In this document: positions 37,513 through 50,903 of the stretch, piece after piece
Numbering within the stretch: position 1 is the first letter of the stretch
Layout of the letters: each line of letters opens with the position of its first letter
Assembly (NCBI GenBank): GCA_965112735.1
Contig: OZ218951.1
Location: 5,146,001-5,210,000, forward strand
Length of the DNA stretch: 64,000 nucleotides
Source: Phaeosaccion multiseriatum
Taxonomy: Eukaryota > Protista > Ochrophyta, other classes
Reading direction: 5' to 3'
Made by a program: the position numbers and the translations under genes
Notes under the pieces: model-generated
Databases searched by the model: none
Told to the model about the DNA's origin: nothing
Seen by the model: only the letters and a program-made list of their open reading frames with translations

Positions 37513-40087
37513 TCACGCGACACACCGCCCGCTCTCGCACTCAAGGTTGTAGTCACAGGAGCTTGCCCACCACCCCCCTTCACCTTCGCAACCCTCCCCC
37601 TCCTTCGCTCGAATGAAGGAGCACACTCCGCGACCTGTGCGGGCAGCCGGTGCATCAGTTGGTGATACAGCCGCAAGGGTCATCGACTCCTCGAAGGGCC
37701 GACCGGTGGTGGACAAGGTGGAGCAGTAGCCCCGCTCGCTCGTGAGAGGCGAGGAGCCACAGCAGCTGCTGAACAGCCACGACGAGCCCTCACAGGGCAC
37801 TCCTTCCTCTCGGCCGCACTCCTGACAAACATTGCTCCAGCAGACGAGACCCTGTGCACAGGAAGAGTCGTGGTGCAAACCCTCGCACGCATCGCCAACC
37901 CCCCCAGGGGTAAACTGACACACACGCACAGGAGTAGCCTCAGATCCAGATCCTCCGTCCTCTGCCCCCGCCTCAGCCTCAGTAGTGGGGCCAGCCGTCG
38001 GAGAAGGTCCCGCAGACCCATTGGGCGGCTGAGTCTCAGCCACACCCCCCGCACCAGCAAGCAAGGACAGCGAGGGCACGCCGCTGCGAGAGAAGAGAGA
38101 GGTGCAGTAGCCTCGCTCATTGTCCGCGTTTTTGTAACAGCAGTTGCTGTGTCTCCAGTCGGCTCCCTTGCAAACCTGTCCCTCGCGCGCACACGTCTGA
38201 CACACGTTCTCGAAGCAGCCCACTGGACCAACAATCCCACCACTGCTGTCGTTGTCGCTGTCGCTGCTGCTGCGGCTGTCGGCACAGGAAGAAGACTCCA
38301 TGTCTCCCTCGCAGAAAGCCCCGAGGCTTCCCCCAGCGGCCGAACACACGCCCGCTCGTGCACCCCCCGCTGACTTGTCTGACTCGGACTCATCATCGCT
38401 TCGGTGGCGGGACACACAGAATCCCACGGCCAGTGGCCCCGCGGTCACAGTCGGACTCGAACCTGCGGTGGATCCTCCTCCTTCACCTCCCTTTCCTCCT
38501 CCTCCCCCCCCCCCATCTCCTCCTCCTCCCCCGTCCTCCTCTTTCACGGACTCATCACCCGAAGGGGGCTCCTTCAAAGGCTCGCCTGAAGAGGAGAAAG
38601 AGGAGGAGGAATGGCTGCTGCAGCATGCTCCGCCTCCGAACCAGTCACTCGCGCACTCCTGTCCGTCGGGGATGCAGGCCTGGCAGCGGCGGTTGACGCA
38701 AAACAGCCCCGATGCACACGACGACTCGGAGCCCCTCCCCGCCGCCCTCTGGCTGCTGGCGGTGCTCGCCTCCTCACAGATATCTCCGACCCTCCCCCGA
38801 GACGACGCACAAACGCCCGGCTGGAAGACAGAGGCAGTGGTAGACCGCGCCTCAACGTCGGGGGGAAGGAGACAAAAGCCTTTGTCAGCGAGCCGACCAT
38901 CACTGCTCACTCCCTGACCGCCGCTGGCCACCGCCCCACCCTCCTCCACACTGAAACTGGCCTCGCCTCCTCCTCTTCCTCTGTCACCGCAACAAGCCCC
39001 TCCTTTATACCAGCGGCTCTCGCAGAGCGCTCCATCGGGGAGGCAGGCGCTGCAGCGGCGGCCGGGATAGTCGGTGGGCGGGGGGGTGGCTAAGCGGTCT
39101 TCTTCTCCTCGCCCCATTGCCGACTCCGCTTCCGTTTGGGCTTGATTACTGCTGGTAGCAGCACTGATGCAGTAGAGCCCCTCCTCGCACGATCCGAACT
39201 CGTCCACACCCTCACACAGATCTCCTACAGCCCCTCGGGACGACGCGCAAATGCCCGACGTAGATGTCTGCCCGCGGGGGTCACGCGGGGTGGCAGTGAG
39301 GCAGTAGCCCTGCCTGGCCCTGTTGCCATACCGAGTGGTGAGAGACGCGTCTGCACAGCAGCCGTTGCTGCCCTCCCACGCTCGACTCGTGCAGGAGTCT
39401 CCGTCCTTGATGCAGCCGCACAGCCCCCCGTTCACGCAGAAAAGCGTCTGTTCTTCCTGCCCTCCGGCTTGTTGGCACGTGTTGATACCGTAGATGAAGC
39501 CTTTGTCGTCCCCCCCACATGCCTCTCCTCTCCTCCCTGCTCGAGACGCGCACACCCCCTTGATGCAGAAGCCGCTCGTTGCCTCTCCTCCGAAGGGATG
39601 CCTGAGGCCCTCTTCGTGGCAGCAACCGCTCTCTCGATCGTCCCATTCGGTCTCGCAGGCCTCCCCTTCCGCGATACAAGGCACTTCTGGCCCTGGGGCT
39701 TCATCAACAGGAGGCGCGTCTGCTGTTGGCTCCAGCGTGCGGCTTGCATCTGTGAGGCCATTCGCCTCCTCAGACGTCTCAAGGTCAGGGCCAGCATCGG
39801 AGAGAAGGGCTCGCTCTGACTCGTTCATCTCGGAAGACCTGCGGACTGCTCCTGTCTGTAGAGGTGTAGGGGGCGTAGGGATCGGATCACAAGCAAGCAA
39901 GCAAGCAACACAGACGGGACGAGCGGTGAGGCCATGCTGGAGGCGGCCGCGGTGTGGTCTTGTCTCCTTCTCTCATCGCCTTTCGGCTCACACCAACCTG
40001 GGCGAAAGTAGCACTCGAAGGCCCGGCCATGGATAGTAGCGGCAGCCCTAGCAGCAGTAGCCGCATCAGCACCAGTGGTCGTGGCAT
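37513..40087 (-). CDS. Secreted cysteine-rich protein with six tandem 10-Cys modules
   Basis: Exon1 40087-39998 encodes a signal-peptide-like MPRPLVLMRLLLLGLPLLSMAGPSSATFAQ; GT-AG intron 39997-39856; exon2 39855-37513 is in frame. Each module reads CxxxGxxC..W..CC...G[FY]C...G[VI]C....G..G..CEG...SC...L.C...C. Confidence 0.85.
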
Positions 40088-40145
40088 CCTCAAGCACAAT
40101 TTTCTGCCACAAAAACTCTGAAGCCATATTCCCCAGGGGGGTTCG

Positions 40146-42146
40146 ATGGCACTGAAGGGCTCTCTCGGACAGGACAAACGGCAATTCCTCGATATGTTTC
40201 CTCTTCGCCGCAATGCACCAGCTCCACCAACAACACCGACTCGACCTAGAGCGGGGGGGCTGATTGGAGCGAAGCGGCCAGGGACCTCCCCAAACCTTCG
40301 AAGCCCTACCACGCGAGGAGCGCCGCTCTCCCCTCGGCCTGCTTCGAGCAGCAGCAACGTCCTACCCTCGGCCTCGGTATCGCCAACGAAGGCCCAGCCT
40401 CCCCGCGAGCATGGCGTGTTCAAGCTGTGCCCTCTCTCCCCTCCGAGCCCGAGCCGCAGCAACGTGCTGCCCTCGGCCTCGGCCTCGGTCTCGCCAACGC
40501 TGCGCCACATCATCGCCAACGTGTCCCCGAGGAGGAACGGCACCGTTCCGCTGCTGAGCGACGCTCTGCCCTGCGCGACAACGACAATGACGAGGACGCT
40601 CATGAAGACGATGACGACAGGCGTGTTATTGCCCACTCTGCCCTGCACCATCGCCAGCAGCAACGCCTGGTCGTATAGTGGCGATCTGAGCAGCCCAAAG
40701 CCCTCGCCAAGCTGGGATGCAAGAGACTCAGGGAGGGGCCACAACCACGGCAATTTACTCATCGCCGACTCCGCGAGCACCATCGCCCGCCCCACTAGCA
40801 GCATCAGTGAGAAGCGCCCCCGCCTCGACACTAGTATGGTGGGCCTCCGCGTCGCCGTCATCGTAGGTGCGTTTGCCATGAACAATGTGCCGTTGGCCAG
40901 CCTTTTCTGTTCTATCGAGTACACCTGCCTGCCTTCGAGTGACCTTGGATGGTGCCCGAGGACTTCCTATGCACTCACACAGAGCGAAGAGAGACAGAGG
41001 AGGAGAGGACGGAGAAGAGAGAGGACAAAATAGAAGAGAGAGAGAGAGAGGAGAGCCAGAGAAAGAAAGATAGAAGGAGGGGCCAGAGATATAGAGCCCC
41101 CTGCGGAAGCAAGGCTACTGCCTTGCTTAATTCTCTCTGTTGCGCTCATGCTGCGCTGCCCACATGCTCCTCCCTTCTTTTCCTCTGCCTCCGTGCCTGC
41201 GTTGCCTGATCGCTCTACAGCCAAGACAATGCCCCCCTGCAGGGACCTTTGGGGTCTGTGCAGAGCGGTGGAGAAGGCCGCCCCGAGGGGCTTTACCTTC
41301 CACACCGGGGTGCCCGAGAAAGCGCGAGAGCGAATGATCATACATCTCACAGCGCTCATGAAGCAAAGACAGAGGGAAGGGGAAGGAGCTCATGCCACTA
41401 CTCGGACAAGTAGGACAAACAGGACGGGCAGGACGAGCAGGACGAGCAGGACGAGTAGGACGAGCAGGACGAGCAGGTCAAGCGCCGCCGCTGCTGCGGA
41501 TGGCCTTGAAGAGGGAAACGCGATGATGGTGGTGGTGATGACGCCCGAGCGCAAGAGGAAACGGAAGAGGGCGGGAGGGGAAGTCGATTCGGACGACGAC
41601 AGCTTCCCTTCGCCTTGCGCGAAGAAGAAGAAACGCTCGCCAATCTCGCGGGAGGGGGGCACCGCACACCACCAGCAGCACCACCAGCAGAGCCTACAGC
41701 AGGACCAGCAGCAACAGCCACATCAGCAGCAGGATGAGGTGGTGATACAGCAGCAGGACCAGTTGGTGATACAGCAGCAGGACCAGTTGGTGATGTCACA
41801 GCGTGGCACTGCCAAGAGCGCGAAGAAGAGGCGCCACTCTGAGCCTCTCATTCCTCTCACTCCTCTCACAACGACAACGACAACGACAACCCCAACGATG
41901 GCGACGCTTCCTCAGCCTCATCGGCGTCGTGTCATCACCACCACCGTCGTCCCCTCCTGCGCCAGCGCGTCCCCTCAGGCATGGCCCTTCCACGTGGAGG
42001 CGGGGCGCTTCCCACTGAGTCATCTTCGTCTCGGGGGGGCATACATGGGCGACGTGGGTGCGGGTGTGGGTGCGGGTGTGGGTGCTGGTGTGGGAGATGC
42101 TGGAGGAGGCTTCCCGGACTATTGGGAGATGTCAATGCCGCCGCAT

Positions 42147-42179
<33 letters not shown>

Positions 42180-44158
42180 GCCGGCGCCGATTCCGCCACT
42201 GAGGAGGCGGCAATGATCCGAGACCTGTTGCCGCTGCTGCCCCCCTCCCTGAAGGTGCTGCACTTCGGTAAGTAGGAAGGAGTGCGGGGGGGTAGGAGGC
42301 CGGGGGTGAACAGGCAGAGAGAGAGAGAGAGACTGAGAGAGCGAGACGAGAGAAAGAGCTACCTCTCTTCGGTCAGGCACCGAGCTCAACCCCCCCAGGG
42401 CGCGCGCTAGCTGAGAGGGAGAAGATTCCTGTCTATATCTGAAGGCCTGTCGAAGTGCTCTGCCTGGTCTCAGCCTTGAGCTCTCTTCTTTCCTTCTGTC
42501 CGTCTGTCCTTCCTTCTTGCCTTCCTTGTTTCCTTGCTTCCTTGCTAGCTTGCTTCCTTGCTTGCTTGCTTGCTTCCTTCCTTCCTTCCTTCCTTCTTTC
42601 CTTCTTTCCTTCCTTCCTTCCTTCCTTCCTTCCTTCCTTCCTTCCTTCCTTCCTTCTTTCCTTCCTTCCTTCCTTCCTTCCTTCCTTCCTTCCTTCTTTC
42701 CTTCCTTCCTGTCTACCTCCCTCCCTCCCTCCCTACCTTCATTACTCTCATATCTCTCGCGCCTGCTTACCCCCCCCCCACCTCCTCCCCACATGCACAC
42801 CCATCTCACCCACCGTGGCTTCGTACCCAGGCCATTACTTCAATGATCCGAAGCTCGCTCAGCACTTCCTGCCCTCGTGCTTGGAGGAGATCAGCTTCGG
42901 ATACAGTTTCAATCGCCCCCTTGTCCTGCCGTCATCCCTTCGGAAGGTCACTTTCGGTGCGTCCTGTGTGCGTGGGAGCGTGTGTGTGTATGTTTGTGTG
43001 TGTGTGTGTGTGCGTGCATGCATGCAACCCTGTTGCTTGCTTGCTTCTTGCTTCCGTTGAGGCTGGCCTGAGAGAATCACTGCCTGTGCTGCATGAATGG
43101 CCGCTGTCAACACAAATGTGCCTTCATCCTACTCTGTGTGCACGCCCTTTTCTTTCCCGCGTCGAGACCTATCTACACACTTGAAGAAGGACTGGCAGGT
43201 AGTGACTCCGTCCTGACAGAAGACCTCCTCTCGACTCCTCCCCTCTCTCCCCCCCACACTCCCGACCGCACCGCGCCCCAAAGGCTGGAGCTTCGATCAG
43301 CAGGTCCGTCTCCCAGAGGGACTCAGGGAGGCATCGTTTTCCGTCTGTTACAATCAACCCTTACGGCACCTGCCCTCGACCCTTCGAAAGCTGAGCCTGG
43401 GCTTCCTCTTCGATCAGAAGAGCTTGCGCCTCAACGAGGGGTTGAGAGAGGTTCACTTCGGAGCCTCGTTCGGCCGACCCATCTCCTTTCCTTCGTCGCT
43501 GCGGAAGCTCACACTGGGTGGGTCGTTCAATGAGCCTGGCCTCATACTACCCGAAGGGCTCCAGGAGCTGTCCCTTGGTGCATCCTACAACCAGAAGGAC
43601 TTAGTCCTCCCCTCGTCGCTTCGTCGCGTGCACTTCGGGGCATCCTTCAACTTCAGCGTGGCCTTACCTGACGGCCTTGAAGAGGCAATCTTCGGCGAGT
43701 GTTTCGAACAACCAATTGCCGCCTTGCCTGCGGGGCTGAAGCAGGTGTGCTTTCACAACGCCTTCAGTCAGCGTCTGCCGAGCCCCTTACCGCGCGGCCT
43801 GCGCAAGATTTGGCTAGGGCGCCGCTACTCTCACCCTGTGGAGCTCCCCATCAGCATTCGGCGCGTCTTTTCCTTCCATCCGGAGTGCCTCCGCCTACCC
43901 CGAGGGTTGGTCAAAGTGCGAGAAGAGTGCATTGACTTTCACTACCCCTCCCAACAGAGCCTTCTGTCACCATGGCAGCCCTTTGCGGACAGCGATGGAG
44001 GCGGACTGGGGGCAGGGGGAGGAGGAAGAAGAGAAGCCACTCAGGTGCCATTCTCTGAGGAGCGCGAGTCCTTTCTTCCCTCCATAGCCGTGATTCGCTA
44101 CTTCGAAAGGACCGCGGAGGCGAGGGAAGAGTCCTTCGTGGACAGTTTGCTGGCGTAG
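40146..44158 (+). CDS. FNIP-type leucine-rich-repeat protein with long disordered N-terminus (4 exons)
   Basis: Exons approx. 40146(or 40194)-40866, 41221-42267, 42831-42956, 43283-44158. 21-23-aa repeats LPSSLRKVTFG, FGYSFNRPLVLP, LPEGLQELSLGASYNQ, FGASFNFSVALPDGL. Confidence 0.8.
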
Positions 44159-45890
44159 GGAGCGAAGCAGCCATGTGTGCATGCGTGCGAGCCAACATGT
44201 GTGTTCGCGTGAGGCTGCTGGGAGAGCGATGCCCAGCTCCTTGGGGAGGGGGGGGACAGTCGCGCTTTGGCTGTGACCGCCATCGGTTGCTGTGGAGAGC
44301 GAGGGCCCAGCCAGCAGGGAGGGAAGGAGAGGCAAGGCGCGATGGAAAGATAGACAGACAGTAGCCACCATGCGATATTAGTCGTGGTGCAGCCAGCAGA
44401 GATACCCTACGGGGAGCGGGCGGGGAGCGGGCGGGGAGTGGCAGGATGCTCACGCACCCTTGCACGTTGTTGGGGCTTTCAGCGTTTAGAGGAAGGGCAT
44501 GAATGGGGGGAATAGGGCATGTAGAGGAGAGTCTGAAGGAGAGTGAGAGGGAGGGAGGAAGAGAGAGAGGGGAAGGGAGAGGGGGAGAGAGATCCAGCAA
44601 AGGCGAGAGATAGAGACAAGGAAAGAGAGGGACAGAGCAAGGGCGAGAGCGAGAGAGAGCGACGAGAGAGAGCGACGAGAGGTCAGCGCAAGCGGCGCGG
44701 GCATGGCGCTGGCTGCTTCGCTTCGGCTCTATCAGAGGGCGGCGGCTGGGATGTTCTGGCTACTGACAGTTTAGACAGCCTGCTGCTGGCAGTACTTGCC
44801 AGGTGGCTTCCTCTATTCTCCCCCTCGGGCGTCGAATGGAGTGATGAGAGTTTTGACTATAGAAAGGCAGATTTCACCCTTTTTTGTATGGCAGCATCCA
44901 GCATTACCAACTTACTCAGATAAAAGCCTAGGCAGTCTGGGGGGATGGGGTTCAGACCTCCCCTCTGGCCTGCTGTGCTGCCTGTTTTTTTGCACCTGAC
45001 AGGCGTGAGCTTGTGGCTGCGACGGCCAGCTCTTTTTGTCTACTATCATACCAAGCACCTAGCTACGACATTCATCTGCTCTGCGGCACATTCGTTCGGC
45101 GGCGCGTCTGCTCTGGAAGAGGAAGTACTTTGCTCTTTCTGATTGCATGCCTCCTTCCTCTGCTCGATGTGTGTGTACAGTGTCTGTGTGCAAAGAAGAG
45201 TCCAGAAAAGTCGACATGTATACTTGTATTGGACATTGCTTATGTATGTGCACCCCCGGCGAACTTGGCTCACGGATGCGCTTTGCTTCATTCTCTCTTG
45301 CTCGACTCCTCTCCTCATCGCGTCAAGCTTGTGGTGAGTGGAGCAAGAGAGCCGCTCGACCCATAGTCTCACAGAGGCAGGCTATCTCATCATCTCATCA
45401 TTATCATCTCTAGTACTATGGGCCATTGATCTTTTACCTCCTCGACCTCTTGCTTCGTATACCCCCCCCTCGTCCTTGCCTTCCGCACCTCCACCTCCGC
45501 CTCCACTCACTCCTCCGTCCATTGCCCGCGTCGCCAACTGGCGCCCGCACCGCACCGACACGCAGCCCTTACATCTTCTCCCTCCCTCCCTCCCTCCCTC
45601 CCTCCCTCCCTCCCTCCCTCCCTCCCACGTTTGGTAGTGCTCCGATTCTCTCTCCGTCCTTCTCTCCCTACCTCCTTCTCCCTCTGACTCCCTCTCGCTC
45701 AATCTTCCTCGCGCCATATCTCTCCCTCTTTCCCCAGCGCGTCATCCCGATGCACCACCCAGGGGAGTCTCTCGCTCTCTGTCGCTGTCTGTGTCGCATC
45801 GTCGTATCCCAGCCGCGCAGTTCTTCCTCCTCCTCCTCCCCGTCCAACTCCTCCTCTTCCTCCTCCTCCTCGTCCTCCTCTTTCTCCTCC

Positions 45891-46595
45891 TCATCCTGCT
45901 GCTCCTTCTTCTTCTCCTTCGGAGCCCACCTTCTTCGCTCTTCGCAAGTCGTCTTCCATAGGCGCCTCGCTCCTCCTCCCCTCCTGCTCCGCTTGTTGCT
46001 GTATCACCAACGCAACTGCCGTTCGGACGTCGGCATGCCGGTCGCCAACTCTGGCTCGAAGCTTTGGTACTCGACGCTGCCCTCGCTCTCCACAGTCAGT
46101 CTGATTGCAGAACCCAGCCCCATCATTGGTGATGATGCGCGACACCGTCTGTTAAATGCAGTCAGGCAGGCGAGGCAGCAGGCAGGGTCTCAAGTGATGA
46201 GCGGTGATGTAGGGTAGCCCAACTTGCCACAAGTACAGATAAACAAACAGCCTAGACGTCCGCACAAGACCAAATCGCATTTGGCTGTGACTGTGGCCCC
46301 ACTTACCCTCGTCATTTTGCGCCCCATTGCTGAGCCGAGCTGCAGTCCGCTCCCGTCGGTCGGTCGGTGCAACAGCACACACATAGACGTGTGACAAGGG
46401 ATGAAGTAGTCCACTGTCATCCTCCTCGTTCGTCCACTGCAATTCTCCTCCTTCTGCTCCTGCTTCTCCTCCTCCTCCTCCGTCGGCTCTGTGTGCTGGC
46501 CCTGCTGAGCAGCTCGTGGCTCTGTACCCTCGCCCAGGCGGCGCAGCATGACACCGACTATGACCCTCCCTCCCTGCCCACCAACACAACTCCAA
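45891..46595 (-). CDS. Possible small spliced hypothetical gene or relic
   Basis: A clean intron 46306-46149 (gtaagt...ctgac...taacag) joins MLRRLGEG...GRKMTR in frame to TVSRIITND...AAG*. No recognisable domain. Confidence 0.25.
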
Positions 46596-47603
46596 TCTGT
46601 TACGATACCTCAGTCCTCACAGTGCAACATTTCCGAGTCCAAACGACCTTCCCACCAGCCATTACCCCTCACACATGACGCTATCGTGCGTCTCCTCTCT
46701 CTCTACCTTGCTTGTTGCGCCGAGCCTTGCTCACGGAGCCGTGTCAGATGGTAGGATTCAAAGCTTGGACATCCTCTCGGTGGTATAAGCAGCAGTAGCA
46801 GCAGCAGCAGCAGCAGGGGCGTGACGGCACTCGTTATGTTTCTTCGTGGTTCTGTTTCATTGTTGTGGCTTCAGCTCGTCCTCCTCAGCATGCAGTGCTT
46901 GACGCAGCCCGGCGACTTCCCTCCTACAACACTCCCACCGTCCCTCGTCCTCCGGAAAGTCCCCCGCGGTAGCTTGACGAACACCGTACACTCCCACCTC
47001 TGACCATGATCGCTCAGCACAATCCCTACTAAATTGACCCGGCTACCAAGCAGAAGGTTGTGGTTAGTTCTTTAGTTCAGGGAGAGACTTCACAATCTGC
47101 CTCTCTCGCACGAAGGAATGGCCCCACGCGTACTTGAGGAAGGCCGGTGACTTGCTTCCCACCCACACCACCCTTCCACCGCTCCCACCCATGGCTATCC
47201 ATTAAACCTGATCCAGCCAGCTACCACGCAGAAGGTTTAGTTAAGTTTTACATCTTCACAACCCGCCACTCTCTCGTACGACGGAGAGGACCATGATAGT
47301 CGCTCCGACCATAAACACACCACCTATACAAGGATAATGAAATAAAAATAAAGACAAGCAGGAAAAGGAAGGATTTTGAGCAGGCGCCCCTCAGACTGGC
47401 CTTGCAACACCCATACCAAGGCGTAAGGTGGAGTTGTGAAGTAAAGAGGGAGAGAGAAGGGAGGAAGAGGGAAAGTCCGGTCGGGCACCGATCCGAGATC
47501 CGAATCACAATTGCCCGTTTCGGTTTGTGGGACGCTCAACCAAGCGCAAACGCAAACCCCTGCTTGCTGAGTCGCGATTCGACAAAAATTCCTCAAATCC
47601 ACC

Positions 47604-50600
47604 ATGAAGACCTTCTCTGCAGCAGCGACGGCGCTTGTGGTGCTCGCCCTGCAGCAGCATGCGGCGGCATTCTCCATGGCACCCATGTCCATGGCGATGG
47701 GCTCCTCGCGGTCGCGGCAGATGACCATGAAGGCCGGGCCGCAGCGAGTGCTGGTCATTGGAGGCACCCGATTCAGGTACGCATACGTTGCAAACGGGCT
47801 GTTACTGCTTGGGCCGGGTGTTTTGAGACCCGCCTGCTTTTCTACGTTTTATGCCGCGCATGCTCCTGCTTGTACGGCGCTGGTGTTGCGCCTTCTTTGC
47901 TGGGAGAAGCCTGCTTTCAGCATGCAACCCCCTGTCTTCGTCGTGTGAGTTGCATTCCCGCGAGGACCTTCACAACAAGCTGCCGTGAAGAGCAGAGCAT
48001 GGCGTTGTTGTTTTTCACAGCAGCTGCGAGTCTCCTTCTCTGGACAGTCCGATCTGGAGCTCTTTATATCATGTGCATGGGTTGGGTGTACGAGAGCACT
48101 GTTCGTGTCTCTTCTTCTCCGTATCTGTACTGTCCAAGCAGTAGTCGCAGCTTTCCATTGCACATGTGCTTTAACTTAGCCATCTCTTAATCCTGCTCTT
48201 TCTCTCTCTCTCTCTGCCTGCAACCCCCCCCCCCCCTCTCCCTTCTCCATCACTCGCCTCCCTCCCCGATCTCTTGCCTCTCGTCGACCGCCCCGCCAAC
48301 TTGCCCGTTTCTCAGTGGGCTGTACCTGGCAAAGGAACTCCACTCCCGAGGGCACGAGGTGGTGCTGTACAACAGAGGCAAGACCCCCAACAAGCAAATC
48401 CCGGGAGAGAGCGACGCGGACTTTGAAAAGCGTGTCAAGGAGACTAAGGTGCGTGGGTGCGCGCGTGAGTGCCATTAGCTCCCAGCATTCGTATTCGGGG
48501 CCAAGAAAGTAAATTGCACAGTGGAGGAGGAGAAGGAAGAGATCCGGACGGTGGCACTTGCTCTCTCTCCCTCTCTATCTCTCTATCTCTCTCTACTTCC
48601 ATCTCTCGCTCCCTCTTCCTCTTTGCCTCTCTCTCTCTCGCTCTCTCCCTCTCTGCATCTTTCCCCACCGCAATTGGACAGCTGGAGGTGTGGGAGAGCG
48701 GGGAGCTGTATGGGGAGCTTTGGCTCGGAACCGCTTGCATGGAACGGACGTTTGAGGCTTAGCTACGATGCACATGCTGTGTTTCCTCTCCTTTCTTCCT
48801 TCCTTCCTTCCTTCCTTCCCTCCTCTTACCACTATTGCTACTACTACGTCTACTCCTCTTCCTCCTCCCCCCCCTCTTCCTCCTACTACTTCTACCCCCC
48901 CAGACCATTATCGGAGACCGCAAAGACCCCGAAGTGATCAAGGCCACTCTTGGGGAGGAGAAGTTCGATGCCGTGTACGACATGAACGCGAGGGAGTTGT
49001 CGGACACCAAGCCGCTGGCGGACCTCTTCAACGGAAAGGTGAGGAGTTGGTGATACAAGAGGAGGAGGAGGAGGAGGAGGTCTTTTATTCCTTTGTCACT
49101 TTTGTCACTTCCCCACGCTCTTTTTGGTTTGGCTTGTGCTGCCCCAAACGTACAATGTCTAATCTCACAATCAGAATGCCCAACTTCACCTCCGATGCCC
49201 ACCTTAACAGCCTTAGATGCCCAACATGTGATACCCAACCCTACCCACTACCCACTGCCCCAGGTGGACCACTACGTGTTCATGAGCTCTGCAGGAGTGT
49301 ACCTTAAGAGCGACGTCATGCCGCACAGAGAGGTGAGCAGGCATCATATCATGACTCTCTCTGGCCAATGGTGTCAGAGGACTCTCTCTGGCCAATGGTG
49401 TCAGAGGACTCTCTCTGGCCAATGGTGTCAGAGGACTCTCTCTGGCCGATGGTGTCAGAGGACTCTCTCTGGCCAATGGTGTCAGAGGACTCTCTCTGGC
49501 CAATGGTGTCAGAGGACTCTGTCTAGCCATTGATTGCGGGACTCGGGCTGGTGGGTCGGTGTGTGTGTGTGTAGGAGTGTGTGTGTGTGGGTGGGTGGTG
49601 TGTGAGTGTGCGTGTGTGTGTGCGTGTGTGTGTGTGTGTGTGTGCGTGCGTGCGAGCGCGGCTGACTTGATTCTCTATGATTCTCGCGGTGCCACACAGT
49701 GTTGAGAGGAGGGTGTGTGGGGCTGGCTGGCCAGGTATGGTGCTCTCCACCTCTTGCTGAAACCTCCTCCTCCCCGTCCACTGCCATCCTCAGGGCGACG
49801 CAGAGGACCCCCAGTCCCGCCACAAGGGCAAGTACGAGTCCGAGCAGTACCTCGCAGACATTGGCATTCCCTACACGAGCATCCGCCCCACCTACATCTA
49901 CGGACCGCTCAACTATAACCCCCTCGAGGAGGTGGGTGTCAGGACAAGTGGGACGGCAGTTGATGGCACCTGATGGCATAGGGTGTCAGGACATTGGGGT
50001 GGGTAGGGTGGATGCATGGTAGGGGCAATGGCTGCGAGGCGGCAGGAGGCACCAACTGCAGCTGCCTCTCTATTCCTCCTACTGTTCATTGGGGAAGGAC
50101 TACCTACCCGATGCTCACCTCCACTCAATCCTTTGTTTGCCTCTCCGCCTGTCCCCCTTCTTACGCAACGCCTTACGTGTCTCTCTATATATCATACGTA
50201 TGATCAGTACTTCTTCGAGCGGCTCTCTGAGGACCGCCCCGTCATCATCCCAGGTATGTAGGAGGGCCTTTCTGTATTATGTCGTCTTACGCATACTCAT
50301 GTACTCTCTGACCCATATACCTCTAACCTCCTTCCTTCGCATCTACCCCATGTCCGTACGCCTCCGGAATGGCGGCCGCGGGCTGCACCTGACTGGCCTT
50401 TATGCTCCCTCCCCATATGCTTCCATCTATTCTCCCCATACCCAGGGCATGGACAGCACCTGACGGGGCTGGGGCATGTGCAGGACCTCGCTGTGGCTAT
50501 GGCCAATGTGCTCGGAAAGGAGGAGGCCAAGGGGCAGATATACAACGTACAGGTTGGTTGGGGGGGGGGGGGTGGTGTAGAGCTTGGTGGTACGGCAGCT

Positions 50601-50870
50601 CACCCCTGCTCCATCTGTGTCTGTATGTGTTTGTGTGTGCGTGCGTGCGTGCGTCCCATGCTTGCCCTTCTCCTCCCCTCCCCTCCCCTCCTTCCCTCTA
50701 ACAGGACAACAAGGCAATTTCCTTCGACGGCATGGTGCGGGCCTGTGCAGAGGCAATGGGTAAGGACCCTTCTTCCGTGGTGATGAAGCATTTCGACCCC
50801 GCCATGTTCGACTTTGGCAAGAAGAAAGCTTTCCCCATGCGTCCCGGGCACTTCTTTACCTCCGTGGAGA

Positions 50871-50903
<33 letters not shown>

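Noticed and set aside
39887-40924. 345-aa minus-strand ORF
   Set aside because: Mostly the antisense shadow of FNIP exon 1; only 40087-39998 is used, as the signal-peptide exon of the Cys-rich gene.
49353-49519. 27-bp repeats as a CRISPR-like array
   Set aside because: Units are head-to-tail with no spacers, inside a spliceosomal intron, with no cas genes.
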